Below the pieces are notes generated by a model. The model ran no database searches. It was not told the origin of the DNA and saw only the letters and a list, made by a program, of their open reading frames with translations. From the NCBI GenBank assembly GCA_001785985.1, contig MFVE01000005.1:112533-176532 (forward strand): DNA of 64,000 nt, written 5' to 3'. Each line of letters starts with the position of its first letter. Position 1 is the first letter of the stretch. The DNA is from Candidatus Nomurabacteria bacterium RIFCSPLOWO2_01_FULL_42_17. Lineage in GTDB: Bacteria; Patescibacteriota; Minisyncoccia; Phycocordibacterales; UBA9973. This document shows, one piece after another, positions 9,575 through 17,422 of this stretch. Both the position numbers and the translations under genes were made by a program.

Positions 9575-10738
9575 TCAAATCAAGTTGACTTCTGGGATAA
9601 GTTTAAGGTCAAATTTATTTTTTACATCAGCGATGATCATCTGCGCTAAATTTTTTATCTCCTCGCCCTCTGCTCCGCCGTAATTTACCAAGACTAGGGC
9701 TTGCTTATCGTGCACGCCGACGTTGCCGAGTCTTTTGCCCTTCCATCCACACTGCTCGATCAGCCAGCCAGCCGGAATTTTGACCGCTCCGCCCTTGCCC
9801 GCCAAAGCAGGAGCGTCGGAGGGCTCATCGAAATACGGCATGTCGGGATACGTTTCCTGCAACTTCTTCAATTCCGTCGGAGATACGAAAACATTCTTGA
9901 AAAAACTTCCGGCATTTGGGATTACGGCCGGATCCGGCAGTTTGGTTCGGCGGATATGCGAAACCGCATCGCTGATATCCTTGGAATTTTTTATTTCAAT
10001 TTTATTCCCGCCTGCAACGCTATGCCTGCCCGAATCGCTACGCGAATCGTTGCGGACGGGCGTAGCATTGCGGGCAGGTTTTTCTAAATATTCAGCAAGA
10101 ATTTTATAAGAGAGATTTGGTTTTGGAATTTTGCTTAATTTGAGAGTGATCGCAGTAATAAAATATTTATCTTTTAATTTATTTTTAAAAACGCTTTCTC
10201 GATAGCCAAATCCGCATTCTTCTTTGCTAAAAATTCTCTTCTTATTCTCTTTACCCGTGTCGACATCAAAAGCTTCGACATTGACGAGCACCTGCTCTAA
10301 CTCCGCGCCATATGCCCCAATATTCTGCATCGGCGCAGCGCCGACAGTGCCGGGGATAAGCGCTAAATTCTCGATGCCCCAGAGTCCGCGCCCGACCGCG
10401 AAGGTCACGAGGTCGTGCCAGATCTCTCCGCCCATCGCGCGAATATAAACAAAATCTTTCCCGACGCTTTCGGTCGGGACCCCGACCCTTTGGGGCGTCG
10501 GGGCTTTTAAAATCTCGATCCCTTTCAATTTATTTAAAATCACCAAACCATCAAAATCTTTGGTAAACAAAACATTACTCCCTCCACCCAGAAAAAGTTT
10601 TTTGTTATTTTTGAATTCCGAAGCATCAAAAATCTCTCTCAAATCATTTTCCGTGTGAATTTCTACAAAAAATTTTGCCGTGGCAGAGATGCCAAAGGTA
10701 TTTAGTTTAGATAAATTATAGTTTTGCTGTATGTTCAT
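9575..10738 (-). CDS. murB: UDP-N-acetylenolpyruvoylglucosamine reductase
   Basis: LGGGSN, IPGTVGAAPMQNIGAYG, NAGSFFKN; carries three in-frame insertions. Confidence 0.96.
   Translation of the reverse strand: MNIQQNYNLSKLNTFGISATAKFFVEIHTENDLREIFDASEFKNNKKLFLGGGSNVLFTKDFDGLVILNKLKGIEILKAPTPQRVGVPTESVGKDFVYIRAMGGEIWHDLVTFAVGRGLWGIENLALIPGTVGAAPMQNIGAYGAELEQVLVNVEAFDVDTGKENKKRIFSKEECGFGYRESVFKNKLKDKYFITAITLKLSKIPKPNLSYKILAEYLEKPARNATPVRNDSRSDSGRHSVAGGNKIEIKNSKDISDAVSHIRRTKLPDPAVIPNAGSFFKNVFVSPTELKKLQETYPDMPYFDEPSDAPALAGKGGAVKIPAGWLIEQCGWKGKRLGNVGVHDKQALVLVNYGGAEGEEIKNLAQMIIADVKNKFDLKLIPEVNLI
9797..9824. repeat. GC-rich palindromic element, in frame in murB
   Basis: gcccgccaaagcaggagcgtcggagggc closely matches the reverse complement of 53411-53439 in uvrB. 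Confidence 0.7.
10007..10078. repeat. Nested pair of 36-bp palindromic elements, in frame in murB
   Basis: 10007-10024 plus 10061-10078 are identical to 14776-14811; 10025-10060 is a diverged copy in the opposite orientation. Confidence 0.92.
10459..10503. repeat. 45-bp double-hairpin element, in frame in murB
   Basis: tcccgac..gtcggga followed by ccccgac..gtcgggg; encodes PTPQRVGVPTESVG. Confidence 0.8.
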
Positions 10739-10763
10739 CTATATTTTTATACTAGCATAAACG

Positions 10764-10806
10764 AAAAAGCCTGTGTACCACTTTAGTGGAGACACTGGAC
10801 TTTTTT
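10764..10806 (-). terminator. Probable intrinsic terminator of the 10841-11293 gene
   Basis: Bulged stem-loop flanked by A and T tracts. Confidence 0.55.
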
Positions 10807-10840
10807 AGGGTTTAATAACAACAACCCAAAAGTTTCAATA

Positions 10841-11293
10841 TTAATCCCCAGGACCTGCATCAGGTGCTGGTGGCTGATAGTAAGGCAAAAACTCACCGCT
10901 TTCTTGTTGCCTTAGGTTAGAAGGGTCCTCTTTTTGGAAGAACCGGCAAACTTCTCCGAGCAAAGTCCACATTTTTATTCTTTCTTCTCTGTCTTTTCTT
11001 TTTCTTTGGAAGTAATAAGATGTGAACTCTATAGTGAGACACTGAAAGCCAGATGGAGGTTCAAGCAAGACCCACTTTGAGATTGGTTTAAAGTCTTTAT
11101 CTACTCCGAATCGTCGTTCGCACAGCCAATCGAAATAAACCAATACTTTTCTTTGGCCCATATCAGGTATAGACCATTTTTGTATTTGACCTCGAAAGAC
11201 CAAGCCTTCCTTCGTCTCCATCAGAAATTGCCCGCCGGCAAATTTTTTCAGTTCTTTCTCCAAACTAACTCTACTCCAATAGTAACCATGCAT
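10841..11293 (-). CDS. Hypothetical protein
   Basis: 150-aa ORF with GGAGG SD upstream; no recognisable motif. Confidence 0.7.
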   Translation of the reverse strand: MHGYYWSRVSLEKELKKFAGGQFLMETKEGLVFRGQIQKWSIPDMGQRKVLVYFDWLCERRFGVDKDFKPISKWVLLEPPSGFQCLTIEFTSYYFQRKRKDREERIKMWTLLGEVCRFFQKEDPSNLRQQESGEFLPYYQPPAPDAGPGD

Positions 11294-11350
11294 TTTTACC
11301 TCCTTTCTTTTATTTTGTTTTTACTGGAACTATTTGGGTTTATTATACCA

Positions 11351-11905
11351 TTATCTAAATATCTCCATTGAACCGTCTGTATGCAGTCTGACAACTTTTG
11401 ACGCTTGGCCTCGGATTTCTCCGCCATCCACATATAGGTTCACCTGATCGCCAAAATATTTTTTCGCCTCAATAATATTTTTTGCCGGAGGCTGGCCTTC
11501 GATGTTTGCCGAAGGCGCGATCAGCGGCCCCGTCTCTTTCAATAAATTCCGTAGATCTTCTCGAGCAGGCAAACGAAATGCTAAGGTTTTCGTACTCCGA
11601 TGTAAATATGCAAATCGTTCGCCCTCTATATCAACAACAAAACTCACTGGTCCTTGAAACTTTCCAATTTCATTTTTTTGCTCTTCTGTTAGAAATATTC
11701 CAAACTTTTGCACGTCCTCAAGCCCGCCGATCAAAATGATACAGGGTTTGTTTGAATCCCGTTTTCTTATTTCATAAACACGATTCGTGGCAGACACATC
11801 GAGAGCACTCGCCACAATACCATATATTGTATCGGTGGGCATCACAACCACCCCGCCTGCTTTGAGGATTTTTACAAGTTCCTTATTCTTTTCATTATCC
11901 CACAT
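11351..11905 (-). CDS. tsaC: L-threonylcarbamoyladenylate synthase (Sua5/YrdC)
   Basis: PTDTIYGI, KRDSNKP, APSAN. Confidence 0.93.
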   Translation of the reverse strand: MWDNEKNKELVKILKAGGVVVMPTDTIYGIVASALDVSATNRVYEIRKRDSNKPCIILIGGLEDVQKFGIFLTEEQKNEIGKFQGPVSFVVDIEGERFAYLHRSTKTLAFRLPAREDLRNLLKETGPLIAPSANIEGQPPAKNIIEAKKYFGDQVNLYVDGGEIRGQASKVVRLHTDGSMEIFR

Positions 11906-11913
11906 ACACGTAT

Positions 11914-12414
11914 TTAAAAAATTTCTTTTTCTAATCTTCTCTCTATGTCTTCCTCGCTGAATGGACGAAGCATTTCCTTCAATTCCGGATCTTGCGACAT
12001 ATCTATCCCCTCTTTCTCCATCAGCAGAGATATCATTTTCATAAGTTTCGTAACTTCTTTTTCGGAAATGAGATTAAGCTGCAGATGAGTCTCTTCCCGT
12101 AAGTCATCTACTTTCGAACTGCGATTTTGAGATATGAGCACAAAAATCGCGAGAAAAATCGCTTCCAGGGAAACAAAGGTAGTCAGTAAGTTAAATGGAA
12201 AAGGATCGAAAGGAGGAATGAGTCTGATCTGGCCAGTATTGATCAGTATCCACAGAGTAAAAAAAATAACGTTGGTCAACAAGAAAGGCATACTGCCAAT
12301 GCGTGAAGTTATCCAGTCCGCCATGCGCTCCGCTCCAGTCCTCTTAAAGTTCGCCTCAGCCTTGATACTCTGAAACATTCTGCCTCTTTGATTTTTCTGC
12401 GAATTTTTTAACAT
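11914..12414 (-). CDS. DUF1003 membrane protein
   Basis: FDPFPFNLLT..SLEAIFLAIFVLISQNR. Confidence 0.9.
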   Translation of the reverse strand: MLKNSQKNQRGRMFQSIKAEANFKRTGAERMADWITSRIGSMPFLLTNVIFFTLWILINTGQIRLIPPFDPFPFNLLTTFVSLEAIFLAIFVLISQNRSSKVDDLREETHLQLNLISEKEVTKLMKMISLLMEKEGIDMSQDPELKEMLRPFSEEDIERRLEKEIF

Positions 12415-12435
12415 ATTTTTTTATCTGCAAAATTG

Positions 12436-12507
12436 GGTGCCTATTCGGTTACGCTCCGAATCTAAAAGCTCCACAAGCTTTTGTGCTCCTATTACACCAT
12501 AGGCACC
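12436..12507 (-). tRNA. tRNA-His (GTG) with encoded G-1 and atypical T-loop
   Basis: Minus strand folds as G-GTGCCTA/TAGGCAC-C acceptor stem, AAAGC-TTGTGGA-GCTTT anticodon arm and TTCGG-AGCGTAA-CCGAA T arm. Confidence 0.88.
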
Positions 12508-12515
12508 ATGTATAG

Positions 12516-12953
12516 CTATTTAATCATAGTCAAGACAAAAATCAAAGCCGAGATGAGAGCCGAGACGATACACCAAGAGCACCCTTTTTTTAAAATAAAA
12601 ATCTGCACTAAAATTAAATATACGGAGAAAAGAAAAGCTGTCAAAGAAATCAAAGCCAGAATACCACCTAGATCGATCTGCATATTGTTCGGTATGTTTG
12701 GCACCAAAATAAAAAGCAAATAAGAAAGAGAGATCAAGGCATAATAGATCATACCGAAAATTTCCACCGGCATGCCAAAAAATCTGGAGTAATCGCTGTG
12801 CACCACGGTATGGCAATCGAATCCCACCATGCAAACCAGAGGCGTATTCTTTGTCTTATGATCGCGAATATGTTTGGCCACCCAAAAACCGCACACTCCT
12901 AAAACAAAAATCGCTATTTGAACTAAAATTTCGTTTGAAAATTGCATTGGCAT
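12516..12953 (-). CDS. Vitamin K epoxide reductase family protein
   Basis: C..C..VVHSDYSRFFGMP; CSWC redox motif; four TM helices. Confidence 0.9.
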   Translation of the reverse strand: MPMQFSNEILVQIAIFVLGVCGFWVAKHIRDHKTKNTPLVCMVGFDCHTVVHSDYSRFFGMPVEIFGMIYYALISLSYLLFILVPNIPNNMQIDLGGILALISLTAFLFSVYLILVQIFILKKGCSWCIVSALISALIFVLTMIK

Positions 12954-12965
12954 TCTTTTAGAATT

Positions 12966-13502
12966 TTAAAGTCCCTGATTTTTAGATTGGCGAGCGCGCT
13001 GAATTAGCTCATCTCGAAGTTTTTCCGCGACTTCTCTAGAAGTGCCAGGCAACCTGCCTTCAGCACCGGCACCACCCACTCCATAACGGCTAACTGTAGC
13101 ACTAAATCCAGCTGTTTGAATATTTAGATCAGACAATCCAAGTAGGCGCGCTATGATACCCCTATGAATATCTACATTCTGAATACGATCATAAGGGATA
13201 GTCACATACTTCTTATAGATCACGCCCGACTCCTTTCTAAAACCCGAATCAATAAGTTCGTAGCGATAAAAACGGTAAGTGAGCTTCGCCCAAATAAAAC
13301 ACAATATAAGATAGGCGGGAATAACAACCCAAAACGAATTCAGAAAGCCAAACGAAACCTCATTGCCATTATTTAGACTTTCATCAAAACCACCTAAAAA
13401 TAATGCTGAACCCCAAATACTTAAAAATATCATCGGTACTAACGACCGCAGAACAAAATTAAAAAAGAATAACCAGACGGATTTTGGATCAAGTTGTTGC
13501 AT
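12966..13502 (-). CDS. PH-domain (bPH_2/YdbS-like) membrane protein
   Basis: Two TMs then IPYDRIQNVDIHRG..RLLGL..L.IQTAG. Confidence 0.88.
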   Translation of the reverse strand: MQQLDPKSVWLFFFNFVLRSLVPMIFLSIWGSALFLGGFDESLNNGNEVSFGFLNSFWVVIPAYLILCFIWAKLTYRFYRYELIDSGFRKESGVIYKKYVTIPYDRIQNVDIHRGIIARLLGLSDLNIQTAGFSATVSRYGVGGAGAEGRLPGTSREVAEKLRDELIQRARQSKNQGL

Positions 13503-13579
13503 AAATTATGTCTTTAAGAGTTTAATAGAAAAGTTGACCGACTTTCCTTGTGGATATAATAACACACATTTCTCTCTAG

Positions 13580-13663
13580 TGCCTGGGAGAGGACTTGAAC
13601 CTCCACGGTCTTGCGACCACAGCCACCTCAAGGCTGCGCGGGTACCAGTTGCGCCACCCAGGC
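13580..13663 (-). tRNA. tRNA-Leu (GAG)
   Basis: GCCTGGG acceptor stem; CAGCC-TTGAGGT-GGCTG; long variable arm; TTCAAGT T-loop. Confidence 0.95.
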
Positions 13664-13693
13664 AATATTATAAGTATAACAAAAATATTGAGA

Positions 13694-14167
13694 TTATTCC
13701 GCTACTTTAGTTTCTTCAACTGGAGAATTTTCCTCCACTACTTCCTCTTGATTAGTCACAGAACGCATTTTACTGCGAACGTCTTTGACTGCCTTTGTGC
13801 GGATATAATAAAGTTTTGAACGACGAGCGCGGGATTTTTTAGTAATTTCAATTTTATCTATCATTGGAGAATAAAGCGGGAAAATTCTTTCAACTCCGAC
13901 ACCGGAAGCGATTTTTCTCACAGTGAAAGTAGCACCCATTTCTGTGCCATGTTTCCTTGCAAGCACGATACCCTCAAAAGCCTGCAATCTGAATTTAGCT
14001 GCTTCACCCTTTTTGTCGTCTTTTTTCTTTTTATCGCCCTTTTTTTCAGTTTTTTCTTCCAAAATCTTAGACAAGACATTCACTGTATCGCCAGCTTTAA
14101 ACTGCATCGCCTTGCGAGCTTCCATATCTACGGGGCTGAATTTTATGTTAGTTATTTTGCCGTTCAT
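13694..14167 (-). CDS. rplS: 50S ribosomal protein L19
   Basis: RLQAFEGIVL, FTVRKIASGVGVERIFP, RRSKLYYIR. Confidence 0.97.
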   Translation of the reverse strand: MNGKITNIKFSPVDMEARKAMQFKAGDTVNVLSKILEEKTEKKGDKKKKDDKKGEAAKFRLQAFEGIVLARKHGTEMGATFTVRKIASGVGVERIFPLYSPMIDKIEITKKSRARRSKLYYIRTKAVKDVRSKMRSVTNQEEVVEENSPVEETKVAE

Positions 14168-14214
14168 ATTGATGAAAACACTTTAGCATAAAAAAATTTA
14201 TAAATCAAACTTTT

Positions 14215-14901
14215 TTATTTTAACATTTTTTCAAATTCTTTCGGCAATGGCGATTCCACTTTTATAATCTTATCTTTTAGATTTTTGAATTCTATGGACT
14301 TTGCATGGAGAGCCATGCGAGATATACCTTTCGGACAGGGACTGTCAGGATTGTAAAGTGAATCGCAGACAACGGGATGATTTAAATATTTCATATGAAC
14401 GCGAATCTGATGTGTCCTGCCTGTTTTTGGTCGCACTTCTAAATAAGTGAAATTTTTTATTCTCTTGATTACTCTATATTCCGTTATCGCTTCCCTCATT
14501 TCTCCCCTAGCTCCCCGGCCAGACAAATATCGGCGGAAATCCCTCGGACTGCGACCAATTGGTTTATTTATTACTCCTCGATCATTTCTCACAGATCCAG
14601 AGACAATCGCCACATAAATTTTCTTCACTTCCCTATCCGCAAATTGCTTCTTTAAAAATTCGTGCGCTTTTTTATTTTTCGCTAAAAGCATCACCCCCGA
14701 TGTCTCGAAGTCTAATCGATGCACTATTTCTAGTTTAGGATATTTTTTAAAAAACAAATCCAGAATGGTTTTTTCCCCGCCTGCAACGCTATGCGTAGCA
14801 TTGCGGGCAGGTTTAATTCCTTCTCTGGGGTGCACTAAAATACCCGAAGGTTTATTTATCGCTAAAATATTAGAATCCTCGTATAAAACTTTTATTTTCA
14901 T
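14215..14901 (-). CDS. RluA-family pseudouridine synthase
   Basis: VHRLDFETSG; TGRTHQIRVH. Confidence 0.95.
   Translation of the reverse strand: MKIKVLYEDSNILAINKPSGILVHPREGIKPARNATHSVAGGEKTILDLFFKKYPKLEIVHRLDFETSGVMLLAKNKKAHEFLKKQFADREVKKIYVAIVSGSVRNDRGVINKPIGRSPRDFRRYLSGRGARGEMREAITEYRVIKRIKNFTYLEVRPKTGRTHQIRVHMKYLNHPVVCDSLYNPDSPCPKGISRMALHAKSIEFKNLKDKIIKVESPLPKEFEKMLK
14776..14811. repeat. 36-bp palindromic element, in frame in the RluA-family gene
   Basis: cccgcctgcaacgctatgcgtagcattgcgggcagg encodes PARNATHSVAGG. Confidence 0.92.
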
Positions 14902-14916
14902 TACATTTACAAGATA

Positions 14917-15591
14917 TCATATCTTCTCACTAATAGTTAATTCCTTTATTCTTTCAATCCAACCCTTTATTGTTAGAAAAAGTTTTGTATCACTAATATT
15001 AATACTGAATGTACCAAATGGTAATGTAAATCTTTTTTGCAAACTTGCACTACTAGGTTTTATATAAGTTTTCTGAAATTGATTTCTGGATATTCCTGCA
15101 ATTTTAGACCAATATTTTTCAGTCTTTTCTACATCAGCATGAGCAAATGTATGAATATTACCACGAAATTTTTCTTCTGGAACTTTACATATTTCTCTAA
15201 AAAATCTCATCATCATTTTTATTACAATGGGGTCACTATTAGATAATCTTGCTGTGCCTCTTTCTGTCTTTCCACCTTCACCTAAATATAAAATAATACC
15301 AATCAATTTTAAATGTTCTAAAGAAATATAATTGAAGTCTTTTTTTGCCGCGTCTATTATAATTTGCCTTTTCGCCTGTTCATTAGAAAGACGAATTAAT
15401 CGTCTCTTTTCTATAGACTCTACGCTCCTGCCTCTTTCAGAAAGGCCTTTTTTTTGCTCTTTTGTAAGTATAATATCTCGGACCCATAAACTTACACTTG
15501 ATTTTGTGAGACCCGCCTCTTTAACAATTTGATTAATAGAATATCCTTTTTTGCGAAGAACGCGCGCTTTTTCTTTCTCAATAAGTTTCAT
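14917..15591 (-). CDS. HTH plus degenerate LAGLIDADG-like protein adjacent to tRNA genes
   Basis: N-terminal HTH (LRKKGYSINQI..KSSVSLW); GIILYLGEGGK and LSNSDP motifs. Confidence 0.65.
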   Translation of the reverse strand: MKLIEKEKARVLRKKGYSINQIVKEAGLTKSSVSLWVRDIILTKEQKKGLSERGRSVESIEKRRLIRLSNEQAKRQIIIDAAKKDFNYISLEHLKLIGIILYLGEGGKTERGTARLSNSDPIVIKMMMRFFREICKVPEEKFRGNIHTFAHADVEKTEKYWSKIAGISRNQFQKTYIKPSSASLQKRFTLPFGTFSINISDTKLFLTIKGWIERIKELTISEKI

Positions 15592-15681
15592 AAGTAGAGT
15601 ATATCATTTCTGACCTATTGCTTACTAGTCTATTTATCCACATCTTGAAATATATCGTCTTTTATTATATAAATAAAGTAT

Positions 15682-15757
15682 GCGGGATTAGCTCAGTTGG
15701 TAGAGCGATCGCTTTACACGCGAAAGGTCGCAGGTTCAAGCCCTGCATCCCGCACCA
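15682..15757 (+). tRNA. tRNA-Val (TAC)
   Basis: GCGGGAT/ATCCCGC stem; TTTACAC loop; CCA encoded. Confidence 0.95.
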
Positions 15758-15832
15758 GCTCTCGTAGTTCAATGGATAGAACAGAAGGTTTCTAACCTTC
15801 TAATGTAGGTTCGATTCCTACCGGGAGCACCA
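15758..15832 (+). tRNA. tRNA-Arg (TCT)
   Basis: GAAGG-TTTCTAA-CCTTC arm; TTCGATT T-loop; CCA encoded. Confidence 0.95.
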
Positions 15833-15971
15833 AATTAGAAAAAACAAACTGCTTTGTTTTTTCTAATTTGGTGCTGACCGCAGCGATGTTTTGCAAGCAT
15901 GCAAAACCGCGAGGGGCGGGCTGCGAAAATTTCGAGCGGCGGCGAGAAATTATTTGTAGCCACCACAAAAT
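15826..15971 (+). repeat. Structured element trailing tRNA-Arg (related copy at 54718-54816)
   Basis: Perfect 23-bp hairpin starting in the tRNA 3' end, then ccgca..gaggggcggg..aaaatttc..gaaatt..ccacaaaat. Confidence 0.7.
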
Positions 15972-15972
15972 T

Positions 15973-16287
15973 TTACAGTGACGGGTCAATGACCGGCGCG
16001 GGAGAATTTATTATTTGATTTGATTTTTGTGCTCTGAGAGAAAAATATAGGAGCACCTTATCGATCCTCTCTTTTTTGACCTTCTCGACTTGGGGGTTGG
16101 TGCCCTCTCCCGACAAGACAACTTCTTCGTTGACTTTCATAAAGAGAAAGTATCCAAGAAATAAAGATGAAATAGCAGCCACAAACACGAAAATCACAGC
16201 CCATTTCCAATAAAAATTTACGTGCAGCCATAAACTTTCTTCCCCTTTTTTGAAATTCTTTTCTTTTTTAAAAAATTTTATTTGCAT
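15973..16287 (-). CDS. Hypothetical single-TM protein, last gene of the pilMNO-like operon
   Basis: One TM; operon position. Confidence 0.7.
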   Translation of the reverse strand: MQIKFFKKEKNFKKGEESLWLHVNFYWKWAVIFVFVAAISSLFLGYFLFMKVNEEVVLSGEGTNPQVEKVKKERIDKVLLYFSLRAQKSNQIINSPAPVIDPSL

Positions 16288-16305
16288 GAGTGTTTTTACT
16301 TGGTG

Positions 16306-16842
16306 TTAATTGCTAAAGCTTAAAAGCTTTATCTTGAAAACCGCGCTCCATTTGGACCCCGAAGTACCTTGAGCACCCTCAAATGTCACCTCTTTGCGCA
16401 TATCTACTCCGGCAAATTCAAGCGCGTAGGGAGAATTCTCTAGCAGGGTTAAAAATTTATAAAGGCTGCTAAAAGTTCCGGACGCTTGCATGTCCACCGA
16501 GAGCGCTGTCTTGTCTTCTAAAATTTTTACAGAAGTCACCTCTGCTTTGGCGCCCACCTTGGTGGCCAATCCTTCAATCGTATTTAAAAAAGGGACAACA
16601 TCGGAACTCTGCGCAAAATGCGTTTCTAGCAGAGCTCTCTCTGGGGAAATTATTTTGATCGAATTATCGAGCGTCTCTATTTCCTCTCGTCTATTCGCTT
16701 CAGTCTGCCACTCCGCTTCTTTTGATCGCGACTCTTCATCATTACTATTTATCGCTTTATAAAAAAAGAAGAGAAGGAAGCAGGAAAAAGCAAATAATAT
16801 GAGAGAGAGCAGGATTGGCATTTTAGAAAAGCTGTTTTTCAT
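16306..16842 (-). CDS. PilO-like type IV pilus alignment protein
   Basis: TM, coiled coil and ferredoxin-like GTFSSLYKFLTLLENSP; follows the pilM/pilN-like genes. Confidence 0.7.
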   Translation of the reverse strand: MKNSFSKMPILLSLILFAFSCFLLFFFYKAINSNDEESRSKEAEWQTEANRREEIETLDNSIKIISPERALLETHFAQSSDVVPFLNTIEGLATKVGAKAEVTSVKILEDKTALSVDMQASGTFSSLYKFLTLLENSPYALEFAGVDMRKEVTFEGAQGTSGSKWSAVFKIKLLSFSN

Positions 16843-16843
16843 A

Positions 16844-17422
16844 TTATGAGGGAATTAAAGTTAGATAAAATTGGATATTGGATCCTTTGACGAAATTTGA
16901 AATCGGCAAGTCCACACTTTGAAAATTGCTGTCATCCTCGAGCGCCCTGCGGAACAAGAGCAAGGCTTCGCGAGAAGGCGCACTGCCCTGGATACTTATT
17001 TTTTTGCCGGTTTTATTGCCCTCCAGAGTTTTGAGCGGATCATTTTCGTAAGCAATACTAGTAATTTTGATACTGGGACTCTTTTTTAAAATGATAGCAT
17101 TGATCACCCTCTCCGAAATAAAAAATTTATTGCTTTCATTTTTTTCAATCAACGTCAATTTGTCGCTTAGGTCTTTGATCGCCGCGAGAGTCGCCTGGTC
17201 CGGCACTGGCACAGGTTCCGCTTTTTGCGCTTCCAGCTTCTCACTCGTAATGGTCTTTTTAGCGGAAGAAAGAAAATAAGATGGCAAGATCGCGACAAAA
17301 GCAACCAGCAAAGATGTACTCAACATCGCTAAAAACAAAACTGCGAGTCGAAAGTAAAAGCCTTTAGCCAGTGCGTCTTTTTCTTCTTTTGGAATTAAAT
17401 TAATCATATTAATTTTCTTCAA
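16844..17422 (-). CDS. PilN-like type IV pilus alignment protein
   Basis: N-terminal INLIP motif, TM, ISIQGSA. Confidence 0.78.
   Translation of the reverse strand: MKKINMINLIPKEEKDALAKGFYFRLAVLFLAMLSTSLLVAFVAILPSYFLSSAKKTITSEKLEAQKAEPVPVPDQATLAAIKDLSDKLTLIEKNESNKFFISERVINAIILKKSPSIKITSIAYENDPLKTLEGNKTGKKISIQGSAPSREALLLFRRALEDDSNFQSVDLPISNFVKGSNIQFYLTLIPS

Noticed and set aside
12436-12507. First read as a MITE with 9-bp terminal repeats
   Set aside because: The minus strand folds as a complete tRNA-His
14010-14065. Lys/Glu-rich insertion in L19
   Set aside because: A-rich low complexity with no hairpin; not part of the palindromic families
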